NCBI GenBank assembly: GCA_018263355.1
Contig: JAANXH010000054.1
Span: forward strand, 2,779-66,778
DNA length: 64,000 nt
From: Candidatus Woesearchaeota archaeon
GTDB taxonomy: Archaea; Nanobdellota; Nanobdellia; Woesearchaeales; JAGVZT01
Direction of reading: 5' to 3'
The translations under genes and the position numbers were made by a program. The number at the start of each line of letters is the position of its first letter. Position 1 is the stretch's first letter. The notes beneath the pieces were generated by a model. That model did no database searches and was not told where the DNA came from. It saw only the letters and a program-made list of their open reading frames with translations. Positions 28,964-39,599 of the stretch are shown here, piece by piece.

Positions 28964-29104
28964 TTACTCAGAATGCGTTGGGTCTAAAGCCCCGGGCTTT
29001 AGCCCGCAGCATTATGAGTCTGAAAATCTGCTTATCAAAGTGAAGAGCGTAAAAGCCCCCTCCTTTAGGTGGGGGATCAGCTCTGAACAGCAGATTTTCT
29101 TTAC
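28964..29104. repeat. structured repeat family A, copy 3 (compact form)
   Basis: ttactcagaatgcgttgggtctaaagccccgggctttagccc..gagtctgaaaatctgcttatcaaagtgaagagcgtaaaagccccctcctttaggtggggg..ctgaacagcagattttctttac. Confidence 0.7.
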
Positions 29105-29201
29105 TTCAAAAAATATATTATGAAACTATTTTATGATTTCAATATTCTCAATAAAAACAAATAAATACTTTACCCAAATAATCAAAAACAGGTGATAATT
29201 A

Positions 29202-29525
29202 ATGAAAAATAAAGAAGTAAAAGTCAAATGTTTCAAATGCGGAAATAAATACCTGACTAGCCAGATGAGATATGATCCAACTAATCCGAAAAACATTGTT
29301 TGCATGAGCTGTTTAGACAGAAAATCACAGCCATCAAAAAAACAAAAACAAGAAAAGAAACCAGAGAACATTAGATATTACTGTGTTAAATGTAATTTTA
29401 AGTTTCTAAGAAAAAAATCTCAAAAAATTACCTCCTGTCCATATTGTGGAAAACAAGGAACATTAACAACAAAAACAGATGCAAACTCTCTTCTTAAAAC
29501 AGCAGGACAGGAATTTAAACCTTAA
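29202..29525 (+). CDS. small lysine-rich double zinc-ribbon protein
   Basis: CFKCGN..CMSCLD and CVKCNF..CPYCGK CxxC pairs. Confidence 0.45.
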   Translation: MKNKEVKVKCFKCGNKYLTSQMRYDPTNPKNIVCMSCLDRKSQPSKKQKQEKKPENIRYYCVKCNFKFLRKKSQKITSCPYCGKQGTLTTKTDANSLLKTAGQEFKP

Positions 29526-29647
29526 TCTAGTCACAGATTGATGTTTTAGAGAGTAAAAATATTTAAATACATATAACTTCAAATTAGATTAAAGTCTTAA
29601 CAACTTATATTAAAAGCAAAAGTTTACCAAAAAAATAGGTGATATAA

Positions 29648-31738
29648 ATGAGAAAATCAGAAAAAACTTTTATTATAATTAACATAGTTTGTTTATTATT
29701 TGCAGCAGCTGTAATAATAAATGGGCTAGTGCAAAAACCAGTTTATACAAATCCAGGAACATATAATCAATTATCTTTTGATCCAGACAGTCCAGTAAAA
29801 ACTAAACAATTTGATTCTGTTCAAGATTATCAGGATTTTATCAGTAATAGCGGAGGCCAAAGTTCCTCATATTATGGTGCTAGAACATTGGGGGTTGCAC
29901 AAGATAGTGCTGGGATGATGGTAGAATCTGCTGCAAAAATAGAGTCTGCTCCAAGCGCAGGTGGATCAGATTACTCAGAAACAAATGTGCAGGTTGAAAA
30001 TGTAGATGAAGGAGATGTAATAAAAACCGACGGAGAATATATATACACAATTTCAGACAATACCTTGTTTATTGTAAAAGCATATCCAGGACAAGAAGCA
30101 GAAGTAGTATTTTCAGAAAAACTAGACAATAAGCCAACTGGCATGTTTATTAAAGGAAATAAGTTAGCTGTTTTTGGACAATTTAATAATATAGAATATT
30201 TTAAAAAAATAGATTTTCGGCCAAAGTACGGCATGACTTATCTTAACATATATGATACAACTGACAAATCAGACCCAGAACTAGTAAAGGAATTCAAATT
30301 TGAAGGATCTTATTTTAATTCAAGAATGATTCAGGATGATATGTATCTAATAGTAAGAACCAGACCATATTATAGAGATGCGTTTCCAACACCTCTAATG
30401 ATAGAAGGTGAAAGAAAAATTGGCATGCCAGTGAGTGATATTCATTATTATAACATCCCATACAATAATCCACAATTAGTAACAGTTTATTCTGTTGATA
30501 TTGATGATAATGAGGCAGTAGATTCTGCAGCAGTAGCTGTTGAGTATGGTCAAAACATGTACATGTCAGAGAATAATATCTTCATAACATACACAGAAAG
30601 AATTAATGAATACGAGATTCAACAAGAAATAGTAATGGATTTAATGCAAGACAAGCTTACAGATGCTGACAAACAAGTAGTGGAAAAAATAAAAGCAACA
30701 GATAACCAAGTATTAAGTCAAAGAGAAAAACAGCAAAAAATCATGCAGATATATGAATCCTATGTTTATTACCTTGATCAGGAGGAACAAGACGAACTGC
30801 AAGATAAGGCAGAATTAATGCTAAAAAACAAGCTTGAAAAATATAAGCACTTAGAGTTCACGGTTATTAACAAAATAGAAGCTGATAATGGCCAAGTCAA
30901 GGTAGGTTCAAACGGAAAAGTACCTGGACAAATTATCAACCAATTCTCAATGGATGAAAATGATAATGTGTTTAGAATAGCAACTACCATAAACTCAAGA
31001 TGGTCAAGATTTGACAAACAAAGAACACAGTCAACAAACAATGTATATGCATTAAATCAGAATCTTGATATAATCGGTGAACTAGAAGGGCTTGCACCTG
31101 GAGAAAGAATTTACTCAACCAGATTTATGCATGACAGACTCTACATGGTAACATTTAAGCAAGTTGATCCATTCTTTGTTATAGACTTGAGTAATCCAAG
31201 AGATATTGAGCAATTGGGTAAACTAAAAATACCTGGATTTTCAAGATATCTTCACCCTTATGATGAGGACACAATAATTGGGATTGGTCAGGAGGCAACA
31301 GAAACAGGCAGAACAACTGGATTGAAAATATCTTTATTTGATGTTAGTGATGTTGAAAACCCAGAGGAAATAGCCAAATTTGTAACAGAAGAAAGATATG
31401 CAAGATCCACTGCATTGTATGAGCACAAAGCATTCTTGTTTTCAAAAGAAAAAGAGCTTTTGGTAATCCCTGCATATAGTTATAATTACAAAGACAGTGA
31501 AGGTTACAATGGGGCTTTTGTTTTTGACATAACCAAAGACAATATTGAACTTAGAGGTCTAATTGACCATTCACAAGGTTCAGGCAGACACTATCGTCCA
31601 AGTGTTGAAAGAAGTCTGTATATTGAGGAACTGCTGTATACTAAATCACCAACATTGCTGAGAATAAATCAACTAGAAGATTTAAGTTCAGTAAAATCAG
31701 TTAAGCTTGAGCAAGAGTCAGACATCAAGGTCTATTGA
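29648..31738 (+). CDS. secreted beta-propeller domain protein (tentative family assignment)
   Basis: signal-anchor IINIVCLLFAAAVIING; YSTRFMHDRLYMVTFKQVDPFFVIDLSNPRDIEQLGKLKIPGFSRYLHPYDEDTIIGIGQEA block. Confidence 0.55.
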   Translation: MRKSEKTFIIINIVCLLFAAAVIINGLVQKPVYTNPGTYNQLSFDPDSPVKTKQFDSVQDYQDFISNSGGQSSSYYGARTLGVAQDSAGMMVESAAKIESAPSAGGSDYSETNVQVENVDEGDVIKTDGEYIYTISDNTLFIVKAYPGQEAEVVFSEKLDNKPTGMFIKGNKLAVFGQFNNIEYFKKIDFRPKYGMTYLNIYDTTDKSDPELVKEFKFEGSYFNSRMIQDDMYLIVRTRPYYRDAFPTPLMIEGERKIGMPVSDIHYYNIPYNNPQLVTVYSVDIDDNEAVDSAAVAVEYGQNMYMSENNIFITYTERINEYEIQQEIVMDLMQDKLTDADKQVVEKIKATDNQVLSQREKQQKIMQIYESYVYYLDQEEQDELQDKAELMLKNKLEKYKHLEFTVINKIEADNGQVKVGSNGKVPGQIINQFSMDENDNVFRIATTINSRWSRFDKQRTQSTNNVYALNQNLDIIGELEGLAPGERIYSTRFMHDRLYMVTFKQVDPFFVIDLSNPRDIEQLGKLKIPGFSRYLHPYDEDTIIGIGQEATETGRTTGLKISLFDVSDVENPEEIAKFVTEERYARSTALYEHKAFLFSKEKELLVIPAYSYNYKDSEGYNGAFVFDITKDNIELRGLIDHSQGSGRHYRPSVERSLYIEELLYTKSPTLLRINQLEDLSSVKSVKLEQESDIKVY

Positions 31739-32890
31739 TGTCTCTCTTATCATCAGGATTAATCCTGTTGAAACAAATACAGATGCAGCTATTCCCACGC
31801 TGCCTGGAAAAGAATAATTAATAAGCAATCCTCCAATTAAAGGTCCAATAATTTGGGAAATACTAGCAAGAGAACTTGCTACCCCCATTATTGTTCCTTG
31901 TTCTTTTTTTGATACTAATCTTGAAATCTTTCCATTAAATAAAGGTCTTGAAAGTCCAGTGCCAACTGCAAACAGAGTAATAAAACCATAATACATAATT
32001 GTGCTTGAAATAAATGGTGTAGATAATAAACCAACCAGCATCAAAGTTACTGATGCATAATGCAACATCCTTTCTCCAATTTTATCAATTAAAATTCCAA
32101 GGAAAATTCCTCTTAATACAATACTTATTCCTCCCACATAGGCCAGTAACCAGCCCATATCAACTGCAGTAAATCCTAGCTGTCTTTCAGCATACATTGC
32201 AGAACTGCTAACCCAAATAACATGAGCCATAAAATATGTGAAAGCTTGCATTAATACCTGAGTTATACCAGGTTTTTTAAAATACTTAATATAATCCTGA
32301 AAATGAAATATCTTAAAATCAAATTCAAGATCTTTTCTGGATTTAACTGTTTCAGGAAGCAACAAATATGTTAAAATAATGGTTACTAAAGATATTGCAG
32401 CTGCAGCTAAAGCTGGATACATATAACCAAATCCAGACAACCAGCCTCCAATTGCAGGTCCAAACAAGAACCCCACCCCAAATGCAACTCCGCTTATTCC
32501 AAAGATCTTACTTCTGTTTTTTTCTGAAGAAATATCACTTAAATAAGCCTGAGCAATAGTAAAATTACTTCCAACTAATCCATCAATGACCCTTGATAAT
32601 AAAATCATCCAATAAGTTCCTGAAAATGCTAGTACAATAAAACTAACAAAAGTTGAAAACTGTGAAATAATTAGCATAGGTCTTCTTCCAAAATAATCAC
32701 TTAGCCTGCCCATAAAAGGAGCAGAAACAAACTGACATATTGAAAATACAGCAAGAATTATCCCAACAAAAAACGGACTTGCACCCAATTCCTGGGCAAA
32801 AAAAGGAAGATATGGTAAAACTAAGGAAAATCCTAGCACTTCTGTGACTAAAATAAGAAAAATGATTATCTTATGTTTTGTGTATTTCAT
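31718..32890 (-). CDS. MFS transporter
   Basis: MFS motif A GRLSDYFGRRPMLIIS; 12 TM layout. Confidence 0.85.
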   Translation of the reverse strand: MKYTKHKIIIFLILVTEVLGFSLVLPYLPFFAQELGASPFFVGIILAVFSICQFVSAPFMGRLSDYFGRRPMLIISQFSTFVSFIVLAFSGTYWMILLSRVIDGLVGSNFTIAQAYLSDISSEKNRSKIFGISGVAFGVGFLFGPAIGGWLSGFGYMYPALAAAAISLVTIILTYLLLPETVKSRKDLEFDFKIFHFQDYIKYFKKPGITQVLMQAFTYFMAHVIWVSSSAMYAERQLGFTAVDMGWLLAYVGGISIVLRGIFLGILIDKIGERMLHYASVTLMLVGLLSTPFISSTIMYYGFITLFAVGTGLSRPLFNGKISRLVSKKEQGTIMGVASSLASISQIIGPLIGGLLINYSFPGSVGIAASVFVSTGLILMIRETSIDLDV

Positions 32891-32934
32891 TAATATTGCA
32901 AGTAAGTGTTTACTTTTAAATTTAATTATTGAGA

Positions 32935-33120
32935 GGCAAAGTCACTGATCTGTGTTAGCTCCATAAATGCCTGATTTAAGTGAAGGAGACAACGATGATC
33001 GTAAGAGTCAGTGGGGGAACAGTTTGCCTTCTGTAAATAAAACTTAATGCAATATGAATGGGTTTTAGCAAACTGGCGACTGAACCTGCAATGTGGGGCT
33101 AACATTAACTTGACTTCGCC
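32935..33120. repeat. repeat family E, copy 1: about 186-nt element bounded by 13-bp terminal inverted repeats (ggcaaagtcaNtg / cNttgacttcgcc), MITE-like, in MFS gene leader
   Basis: about 90% identical to reverse complement of 42022-42210; shared context continues to caatattaATGAAA start. Confidence 0.6.
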
Positions 33121-33138
33121 TTATTGAGAAATATTAAC

Positions 33139-33555
33139 TTATTTTTTAGACTTTTTTCTTTTCTTAGGTTTTGCCTTATGGTTTTGTTTTGCTTTATGAT
33201 AAATAATACCTATTGCAATAATTGTAAGACAAAGGGCAATTAACAAAGGAATATTTGGGCTGCGAGCAGGTTTTTCAATATTAGGTGTTTTAAAATCTCC
33301 AACATCAGGAACATTAACATAGTATTCATACTCTTTACTGCAATCTTTTTTATGAGCACAAACCCCAAAACCTTTTTTATCACAGCAAACCTGGTCTGGA
33401 GCACAATCTGTATTAAATTTGCAAAACTCCTGACAATCCCCATCACAGTGCATAGTTTGAACAACTCTTCCTGTAACAGAACTGCCCAAAAAGTATAAAG
33501 TAATAGACAAAGTAATAATAAACAATGATACAAAAACAGCCTCTTTTCTTTGCAT
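33139..33555 (-). CDS. small membrane-anchored cysteine-rich protein with polybasic C-terminal tail
   Basis: N- and C-terminal TM; CDGDCQEFCKFNTDCAPDQVCCDKKGFGVCAHKKDC; tail KPKKRKKSKK. Confidence 0.6.
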   Translation of the reverse strand: MQRKEAVFVSLFIITLSITLYFLGSSVTGRVVQTMHCDGDCQEFCKFNTDCAPDQVCCDKKGFGVCAHKKDCSKEYEYYVNVPDVGDFKTPNIEKPARSPNIPLLIALCLTIIAIGIIYHKAKQNHKAKPKKRKKSKK

Positions 33556-33782
33556 ACTCTTTTATTTAAACTATTTACTTAAAAACTTTTCTATTAAGAT
33601 TCAGGCAGTGATACAATCTAGATTAATGAAGCGAGATCTACTTTTCGTTATTTGAAAATTTTACAGGTTTAATATGTCTGAAAAATGTTGTTTTTCTGAT
33701 CATCTCAGAAATCTTCAATTTCTAAGACCTCACATAATATCACTTAGGTTCCTAACTTTCAGCGTAGCTGAAAGCTTCAGTG

Positions 33783-33839
33783 TGAAATTTTCAATTCAAG
33801 GAAATCTTTGATTTCCTGAAAAGAAAATGTTTCACATTT
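33783..33839. repeat. hairpin module X, inverted copy, adjacent to family B copy 2
   Basis: gattttcaattcaaggaaatctttgatttcctg is reverse complement of 4640-4672. Confidence 0.4.
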
Positions 33840-33849
33840 TCAAGTTCCG

Positions 33850-34007
33850 AAAAAGTGGTAGTCAAAGCAGAGGCGACAATACCCCACATCATGTCACTAA
33901 CGTTCCTGACATTAAGCATAGCTTAAGGCTTTATTGTGGGGATTGGTTGGAAAGCGAAGCTTTACAACTCACTGAACACAGTGACCGTGAGCCTCTGCAC
34001 CACTTTT
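33850..34007. repeat. structured repeat family B, copy 2
   Basis: same core and nested stems as 4494-4612, with compensatory substitutions. Confidence 0.6.
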
Positions 34008-34015
34008 TAGTTATT

Positions 34016-34381
34016 TTATTCAATTACGTCGACTTCAAAAGTTCTAGAACTATCATCAATCTTGAGTTTTTTACCTTCATAAGAGATAGTAGTTAAATTT
34101 TTTTGATTAGTAACATTGGAGGTTTTTTTGTTTTGGTCAAGCCAATTAGAGTCTAAAATCTGACCCTCTTCACATTTGTTCTTACATGTGGCCTTTTCAT
34201 TAAAATAACAGCAAATCTCTTTGTCAATACAATCTTTATCTGACCAACAATAAGTTGGACCCCAAAAACCGCCAGCTGCCGCACCAGTGATGTTTGGTTT
34301 TTTGATTGTTGAATAAGAAAGTGCACCGATAAATATACCAATTATAAAAATTGCAAAAATTATGATAAAAATTCTTTCCAT
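34016..34381 (-). CDS. small membrane-anchored cysteine-rich protein, paralog of 33139-33555 (start moved to MERIFIIIF)
   Basis: shared spacing DC-x3-(V/I)CC-x5/6-C-x2-K-x-C: CWSDKDCIDKEICCYFNEKATCKNKC. Confidence 0.5.
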   Translation of the reverse strand: MERIFIIIFAIFIIGIFIGALSYSTIKKPNITGAAAGGFWGPTYCWSDKDCIDKEICCYFNEKATCKNKCEEGQILDSNWLDQNKKTSNVTNQKNLTTISYEGKKLKIDDSSRTFEVDVIE

Positions 34382-34425
34382 ACCACTAAATAGATTGATT
34401 AGTTTTATTAATATTTCGCAAAAAG

Positions 34426-35472
34426 CTATAAGAACGCATTGAACAGATATGATAAGGCTAGAATCTGAGGTACAGTAATAACTGGAACCCATATAGCAGT
34501 TTTTTTCCCAATAGTGCTCCATATAAGTCCTATCTCAGTATAATCTGTTGCAACTCCAGCTAGTAAAAAAGTAAAACTATTTCCAAAAGCACCTGTTTGA
34601 TTAAACAACTCAAAAGCTAAAACAGCACTTCCTTCAGAACAAACTTCAATAATTGTTGCAAAAACTAAGGTAATAAATAAACCAAGTAAGCTAGGGCCCA
34701 TATATTTCATAAAATAATGTTGTGGAACATATACGCGAGCAATGCTTGCAATAATCATGCCAACAAGAATCCACCAAGCCATCATCTTAGCAAGAGCCCA
34801 AGAACCTTTTAATATTCCATACAAATCTTTTTTTGAGAACCTGTAATCTTTATACTTTTTCCTAAAATCATCCTTAATTGAAAAGCTTTTTTTGATATTT
34901 ATTGTGTGAGGGTTCTTTTCAATCATACCTTTTTTGTCAAGCAATCTAAAAACTAACCCTGTATTAATTGCAATAATAATTGCAGAAATAATCAAAATAT
35001 AGGCTTTATACCCAAAAAAACTAAAAAACAAAATAGTTATTGGCAGGTTTGCCCAAGGAGAAGCTAACAGCAATGCAACAACAGCAGGAATAGATGCACC
35101 TTTTTTATACAGTTGCATAGCAATAGCTAAAATGCCATGCGAGCATGCACTCATTAAAAAACCAAAGCCTACAGCATAAAGCAAACCTCTTTTTTTATGA
35201 GTTGACAAAAATTTAGATATCCATTCTCTTGGAACAAAATGATCAATAATCCCACCAATCAATAAACCAATTAAAACAGCCCACCAGAGTTTCTTGAGAT
35301 AATCAACAAAAGCTGTATTTAGATTCGATAAGCCAGGAATTAAATAACTTGCAATAATTAATAATATTGTAATAATCCCAACAACATACAATCTTTCTTT
35401 GTACCAAGGAGTGTGTCCACCTCTAACAGCACAACTTACACAACCACTGCACTTTTCTACAGTATCTGTCAT
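34426..35472 (-). CDS. DUF318/YraQ-like permease with N-terminal CxxC (tentative)
   Basis: N-term CSGCVSCAVRGGH then about 8 TM segments. Confidence 0.5.
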   Translation of the reverse strand: MTDTVEKCSGCVSCAVRGGHTPWYKERLYVVGIITILLIIASYLIPGLSNLNTAFVDYLKKLWWAVLIGLLIGGIIDHFVPREWISKFLSTHKKRGLLYAVGFGFLMSACSHGILAIAMQLYKKGASIPAVVALLLASPWANLPITILFFSFFGYKAYILIISAIIIAINTGLVFRLLDKKGMIEKNPHTINIKKSFSIKDDFRKKYKDYRFSKKDLYGILKGSWALAKMMAWWILVGMIIASIARVYVPQHYFMKYMGPSLLGLFITLVFATIIEVCSEGSAVLAFELFNQTGAFGNSFTFLLAGVATDYTEIGLIWSTIGKKTAIWVPVITVPQILALSYLFNAFL

Positions 35473-35516
35473 AAAGACTTATAAAAATGGATTCTATATA
35501 AATATTAAGTTTAAGC

Positions 35517-37700
35517 CTAGATTTTCTTGGACTTTAAAAGTAAAGAATTACTAACAACACTTACAGAGCTCATTGCCATTGCAGCGCCAGCAATCATTGG
35601 GCTTAATAGCCAGCCAGTAATAGGATAAAGCAGACCTGCTGCAATAGGAATCCCAAGAGTGTTGTAAAACAAAGCCCAAAACATATTTTGCCGGATCTTA
35701 TTCATGGTAATTTTACTTAATCTGATTGCCCTAACAACATCCATAGGATCATCTCGCATTAAAACAATGTCTCCAGTTTCCATTGCAACATCAGTTCCAG
35801 AACCCATAGCAATCCCAACATCTGCCTGAGCAAGAGCAGGAGCATCATTAATTCCATCCCCAACCATCGCAACTTTAAACCCTTTTTTCTGTAATTTCTT
35901 TACATGATTTACTTTGTCTTCTGGTAGAACTTGTGCAAAAACATGGTTAATGCCAGCTTGCTTAGCAATCGCCTCTGCAGTTCTCTTGTTGTCTCCTGTA
36001 ATCATATAGACAAAGATCTTCATTCTTTGCAAAGCTCTAACTGCACTTGCTGAACTGTCCTTAATCTTATCTGCAACAGCAACAATTCCAATTAATTTTT
36101 TGTTGTTTCCAAGCATCATCACAGTCTTTCCCTGATCTTCAAGCTTATTAATCAATTCAATACTCTTTTTAAGTTCAATTTTATTTTCAGACATTAGTTT
36201 TTGATTTCCAAAATAGTATCTTTTTCTGCCAACTTTAGCAGTTATTCCATGTCCAGGAATTGCCTTAAAACCAGTAACCTTTTTTATCTTAACTTTATTC
36301 TCCTTTGCATACTTGACAATAGATTCTGCTAATGGATGTTCACTTGATTTTTCAATGCTTACTGCAATTTCAATCAAATCCATCTCACTTGTTTTACTCA
36401 CAGAAACAACATCTGTCACTTCTGGTTCTCCTTTAGTAATTGTGCCTGTTTTGTCAAGAACAACAGCATTCACCGTATGAGCTATCTCTAAAGCTTCTCC
36501 ACCTTTTATCAAAATCCCTTTTTTTGCACCTTTTCCTGTGCCAACCATAATAGCAGTAGGAGTAGCCAGTCCTAAAGCACAAGGACATGCAATAACTAAA
36601 ACCGCAACACTTGCAACCAATGCAAATCTAAACTCAGAACCAACCACAAAAAACCACACAACAAAGGTAAATAATGCAATAACTAAAACTGTAGGGACAA
36701 AATAAGCTGCAACAGAATCTGCAAACCTTTGAATTGGTGCTTTGCTTCCCTGCGCATCCTCAATTAATTTAATGATCTGTGAAAGAGTTGTATCTGCACC
36801 AACTTTTGTTGCCTTGAACTTAAAACTACCATGTTTATTTATTGTTCCGCTAATAACTTTATCTTTTTCCTTTTTCAAAACAGGAATACTCTCACCAGTA
36901 ACCATGCTTTCATCAATAGACGTACTTCCTTCAATAATCTGACCATCAACAGGGACTTTTCCACCAGGTTTGACTACAACTATATCTCCAACAATTACCT
37001 GATCAATATCTATCTTAACTTCTTTATTATTTCTAATTACAATTGCTTTTTTTGGTCTTAATCCAATCAGTTTTTTAATTGCTTGGCTTGTCTTGCCTTT
37101 GGCTCTTGCTTCTAGTAAATTTCCAAATATTACTATTGTAATCAAAACAGCGCTAGCTTCAAAATAAACATGTCCTTGTCCACTTAAAACAACAAAAACA
37201 CTGTAAAAATAAGCAGCAGAAGTACCCATTACAACTAATGTGTCCATATTTGCACTCTTTGCTTTTAAAGCCATAAATGCACTTTTATACATTGGCCAGC
37301 CAACAATAAACTGTACAGGTGTTGCAAGCAGCAACATGATAATATCTTGATAAGGAACAGGATCTTTCATGAAAAACATACCAAGAACAAAAACAGGAAA
37401 TGCGAAAACAAAACTAAAATAAAACTGTTTTTTTATCTTGTCAATCTTTTTTCTCTGTTTTTCTAATTCATCCCTGAAATCTTTTCCTTGAGACACCTTT
37501 GCTTCATAACCTTTGCTCTTTACAGCTTTAATTAGCAATTTTACATTAGTAATTTTTTCATCATACTCAATAGTGGCTTTATTTGTTGTAAGATTAACAT
37601 TTGCTTTTTTTACTCCAGAAAGCTTGTCTAAAGCTTTGTTAATTAAAGTAGAACAACTAGCACAATGCATACCTTTTATATCAAGAGTAGTTTTTTTCAT
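35517..37700 (-). CDS. copA: copper-translocating P1B-type ATPase
   Basis: N-terminal HMA GMHCASC; TM CPC (ACPCALG); DKTGT; GDGINDAPAL. Confidence 0.9.
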   Translation of the reverse strand: MKKTTLDIKGMHCASCSTLINKALDKLSGVKKANVNLTTNKATIEYDEKITNVKLLIKAVKSKGYEAKVSQGKDFRDELEKQRKKIDKIKKQFYFSFVFAFPVFVLGMFFMKDPVPYQDIIMLLLATPVQFIVGWPMYKSAFMALKAKSANMDTLVVMGTSAAYFYSVFVVLSGQGHVYFEASAVLITIVIFGNLLEARAKGKTSQAIKKLIGLRPKKAIVIRNNKEVKIDIDQVIVGDIVVVKPGGKVPVDGQIIEGSTSIDESMVTGESIPVLKKEKDKVISGTINKHGSFKFKATKVGADTTLSQIIKLIEDAQGSKAPIQRFADSVAAYFVPTVLVIALFTFVVWFFVVGSEFRFALVASVAVLVIACPCALGLATPTAIMVGTGKGAKKGILIKGGEALEIAHTVNAVVLDKTGTITKGEPEVTDVVSVSKTSEMDLIEIAVSIEKSSEHPLAESIVKYAKENKVKIKKVTGFKAIPGHGITAKVGRKRYYFGNQKLMSENKIELKKSIELINKLEDQGKTVMMLGNNKKLIGIVAVADKIKDSSASAVRALQRMKIFVYMITGDNKRTAEAIAKQAGINHVFAQVLPEDKVNHVKKLQKKGFKVAMVGDGINDAPALAQADVGIAMGSGTDVAMETGDIVLMRDDPMDVVRAIRLSKITMNKIRQNMFWALFYNTLGIPIAAGLLYPITGWLLSPMIAGAAMAMSSVSVVSNSLLLKSKKI

Positions 37701-38068
37701 TCTTTCACTTCTTTAAAATTTTCAGTATCACAAAACGCCTGCTCTGTTGATGCGCATTGCCCTTCCTTAACACCTCTCTGACATTGAGGACATACTTTAT
37801 CAAACTCACCAGCTGCAATCATATCATCACATTTGCAGGTTCCATCATCCCAAATCCAGCTACCCATAAAACACATTGTACAAGGAGGATTAATGCAGCA
37901 TCTATAATCTCCTTGATGGGCCATCTTTAAAATTAACTCATCTCGTTTTTCAAGCAAATCTTTGCGTTGATTATCCAAAGTCTTAAGAGATGAGTAATTA
38001 TAACCCAAAACAAAAACTGCTACTACTAATATTATCAATCGAAGATATTTAAATCTTTTATTTAACAT
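37697..38068 (-). CDS. membrane-anchored cysteine-rich putative metal-binding protein
   Basis: N-terminal TM; CCINPPCTMCFMG..CKCDD..CPQCQ..C; start overlaps copA by 4 nt. Confidence 0.5.
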   Translation of the reverse strand: MLNKRFKYLRLIILVVAVFVLGYNYSSLKTLDNQRKDLLEKRDELILKMAHQGDYRCCINPPCTMCFMGSWIWDDGTCKCDDMIAAGEFDKVCPQCQRGVKEGQCASTEQAFCDTENFKEVKE

Positions 38069-38405
38069 CTAAATCACATCCAGTAATTGTAGCTAATTTT
38101 GCTAAGGGCTGTTCTCCAGTATATGCTTTTTCATTTATAATCCAAGTAGGATAACCTTTTATATTATTTCTCAGACAAACATCTTTTTGTTTGTCACAAT
38201 CAACAAAATCAACAAACTTGAATGAATTGCCAAATTCTGCTTTTTGATTCTGGCAATGACTGCACCACTCTGTTCCATACATCACTGCACCTTTATCGGA
38301 TAAACATTTTGCAAATCCGTCAAGATCAGCTGGCCCAATTTTTGATCTTCCTGAACAACCAACCAATAAAAAAACAAAAAACAAGCAAACAAGTTTAGGG
38401 TTCAT
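38058..38405 (-). CDS. thioredoxin/glutaredoxin-like lipoprotein
   Basis: lipobox LLVGCSG; WCSHCQ active site. Confidence 0.65.
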   Translation of the reverse strand: MNPKLVCLFFVFLLVGCSGRSKIGPADLDGFAKCLSDKGAVMYGTEWCSHCQNQKAEFGNSFKFVDFVDCDKQKDVCLRNNIKGYPTWIINEKAYTGEQPLAKLATITGCDLDVK

Positions 38406-39169
38406 CTTGCAAGCGCCTCCTCAATCTCATTCTTAAACACTCCAAAGGGCTGTGCACCAGATACTAATTTTCCATTAATAATAAATCCAGGAGTTCCTGT
38501 GATTCCTACTTGTTTTCCTGCCTGCATATCTGTCGCTACTTCTGAAGCCATTTTTCCAGAGTCTAAGCATGAGTTAAACTTTTTTGTGTTAAGATTAATC
38601 TCTGTTGCATATGTTTTAAATAAAGAAACTCCACTCTCAACTCCACCTTCAAATAGTTTGTCGTGCATTTCCCAGTATTTTCCCTGTTCTCCAGCACATT
38701 CTGCTGCTTCTGCAGCTTTTTGCGCATTTGCATGAAAGTTTAGTGGAAAATCTCTGTAGATAAATTTCACTTTTCCTGTGTCTATGTAATCTTTCTGTAT
38801 TTGTGGTAATGTCTGGCTATAAAATCTTGCACAGAACGGACACTCAAAGTCACTCCATTCAACAATTGTCACAAGTGCGTTCTCATCTCCTTTTACTGCA
38901 TCATCATCTAGCAGCTTTGCCATGTCAAGTGTTGGTGCACTTGGTGCTTGTGCATCTTCCCTCGGCTTTGCCTGCTGAGCCTCATCTGCCTGCAAAACAC
39001 CATTATTAGCTTCACTTTTAGTTTTAAACCCACCAGTAAATATAGACACTAAAAGCAACACTGCTAAAACACCAGATACTGCTTTCCAAAGTGTTATTTT
39101 ACTAAGAGTAATACTTACAGATTCATGGTCTGCACCATGGGCTTTATGTTTTCTTTTTTTACTTTTCAT
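38402..39169 (-). CDS. DsbA-like thiol:disulfide oxidoreductase, membrane anchored
   Basis: ECPFCARF CxxC in thioredoxin fold, N-terminal TM. Confidence 0.7.
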   Translation of the reverse strand: MKSKKRKHKAHGADHESVSITLSKITLWKAVSGVLAVLLLVSIFTGGFKTKSEANNGVLQADEAQQAKPREDAQAPSAPTLDMAKLLDDDAVKGDENALVTIVEWSDFECPFCARFYSQTLPQIQKDYIDTGKVKFIYRDFPLNFHANAQKAAEAAECAGEQGKYWEMHDKLFEGGVESGVSLFKTYATEINLNTKKFNSCLDSGKMASEVATDMQAGKQVGITGTPGFIINGKLVSGAQPFGVFKNEIEEALAR

Positions 39170-39597
39170 ATAAACCTCCTCCTTCCTTCTTGAATATCTT
39201 TAATTTCAATTATCACATTATTTCCTTTAACTTCATGTGGAAGGTAGCTTGGCCAGCACCCATATCCCTTATTTTTTGTACCCAGCCCATCAATCTTGAA
39301 AACTCTACCACAATTCCTACATTTGATGTCTTCTCCTACCTGTTGGTAGCCCTTGTATCCACCACACACATCACAAGCATCAAAGGCAGTTCTTGGCTCA
39401 CCATCTGAGCCTAGTACTGCAAAATACTTGATATTCACTCCACCATCGTCATACTCATAAAACTTAACCTCTTCAGATAATTCGTCCAGAGGAATTTTGA
39501 TGTACTCTTCGTTATTTACAGTTTTTCCTGTAATTGTGCAGCCTGTTGCAATTATTAAACTCATTAAAAACATCATAAAAATAATTTTTTGTCTCAT
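39166..39597 (-). CDS. cysteine-rich lipoprotein, DUF2318-like putative metal-binding protein (start moved to MRQKIIF)
   Basis: lipobox IIATGCT; AFDACDVCGG..CRNCG motif pair. Confidence 0.5.
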   Translation of the reverse strand: MRQKIIFMMFLMSLIIATGCTITGKTVNNEEYIKIPLDELSEEVKFYEYDDGGVNIKYFAVLGSDGEPRTAFDACDVCGGYKGYQQVGEDIKCRNCGRVFKIDGLGTKNKGYGCWPSYLPHEVKGNNVIIEIKDIQEGRRRFI

Positions 39598-39599
39598 TT

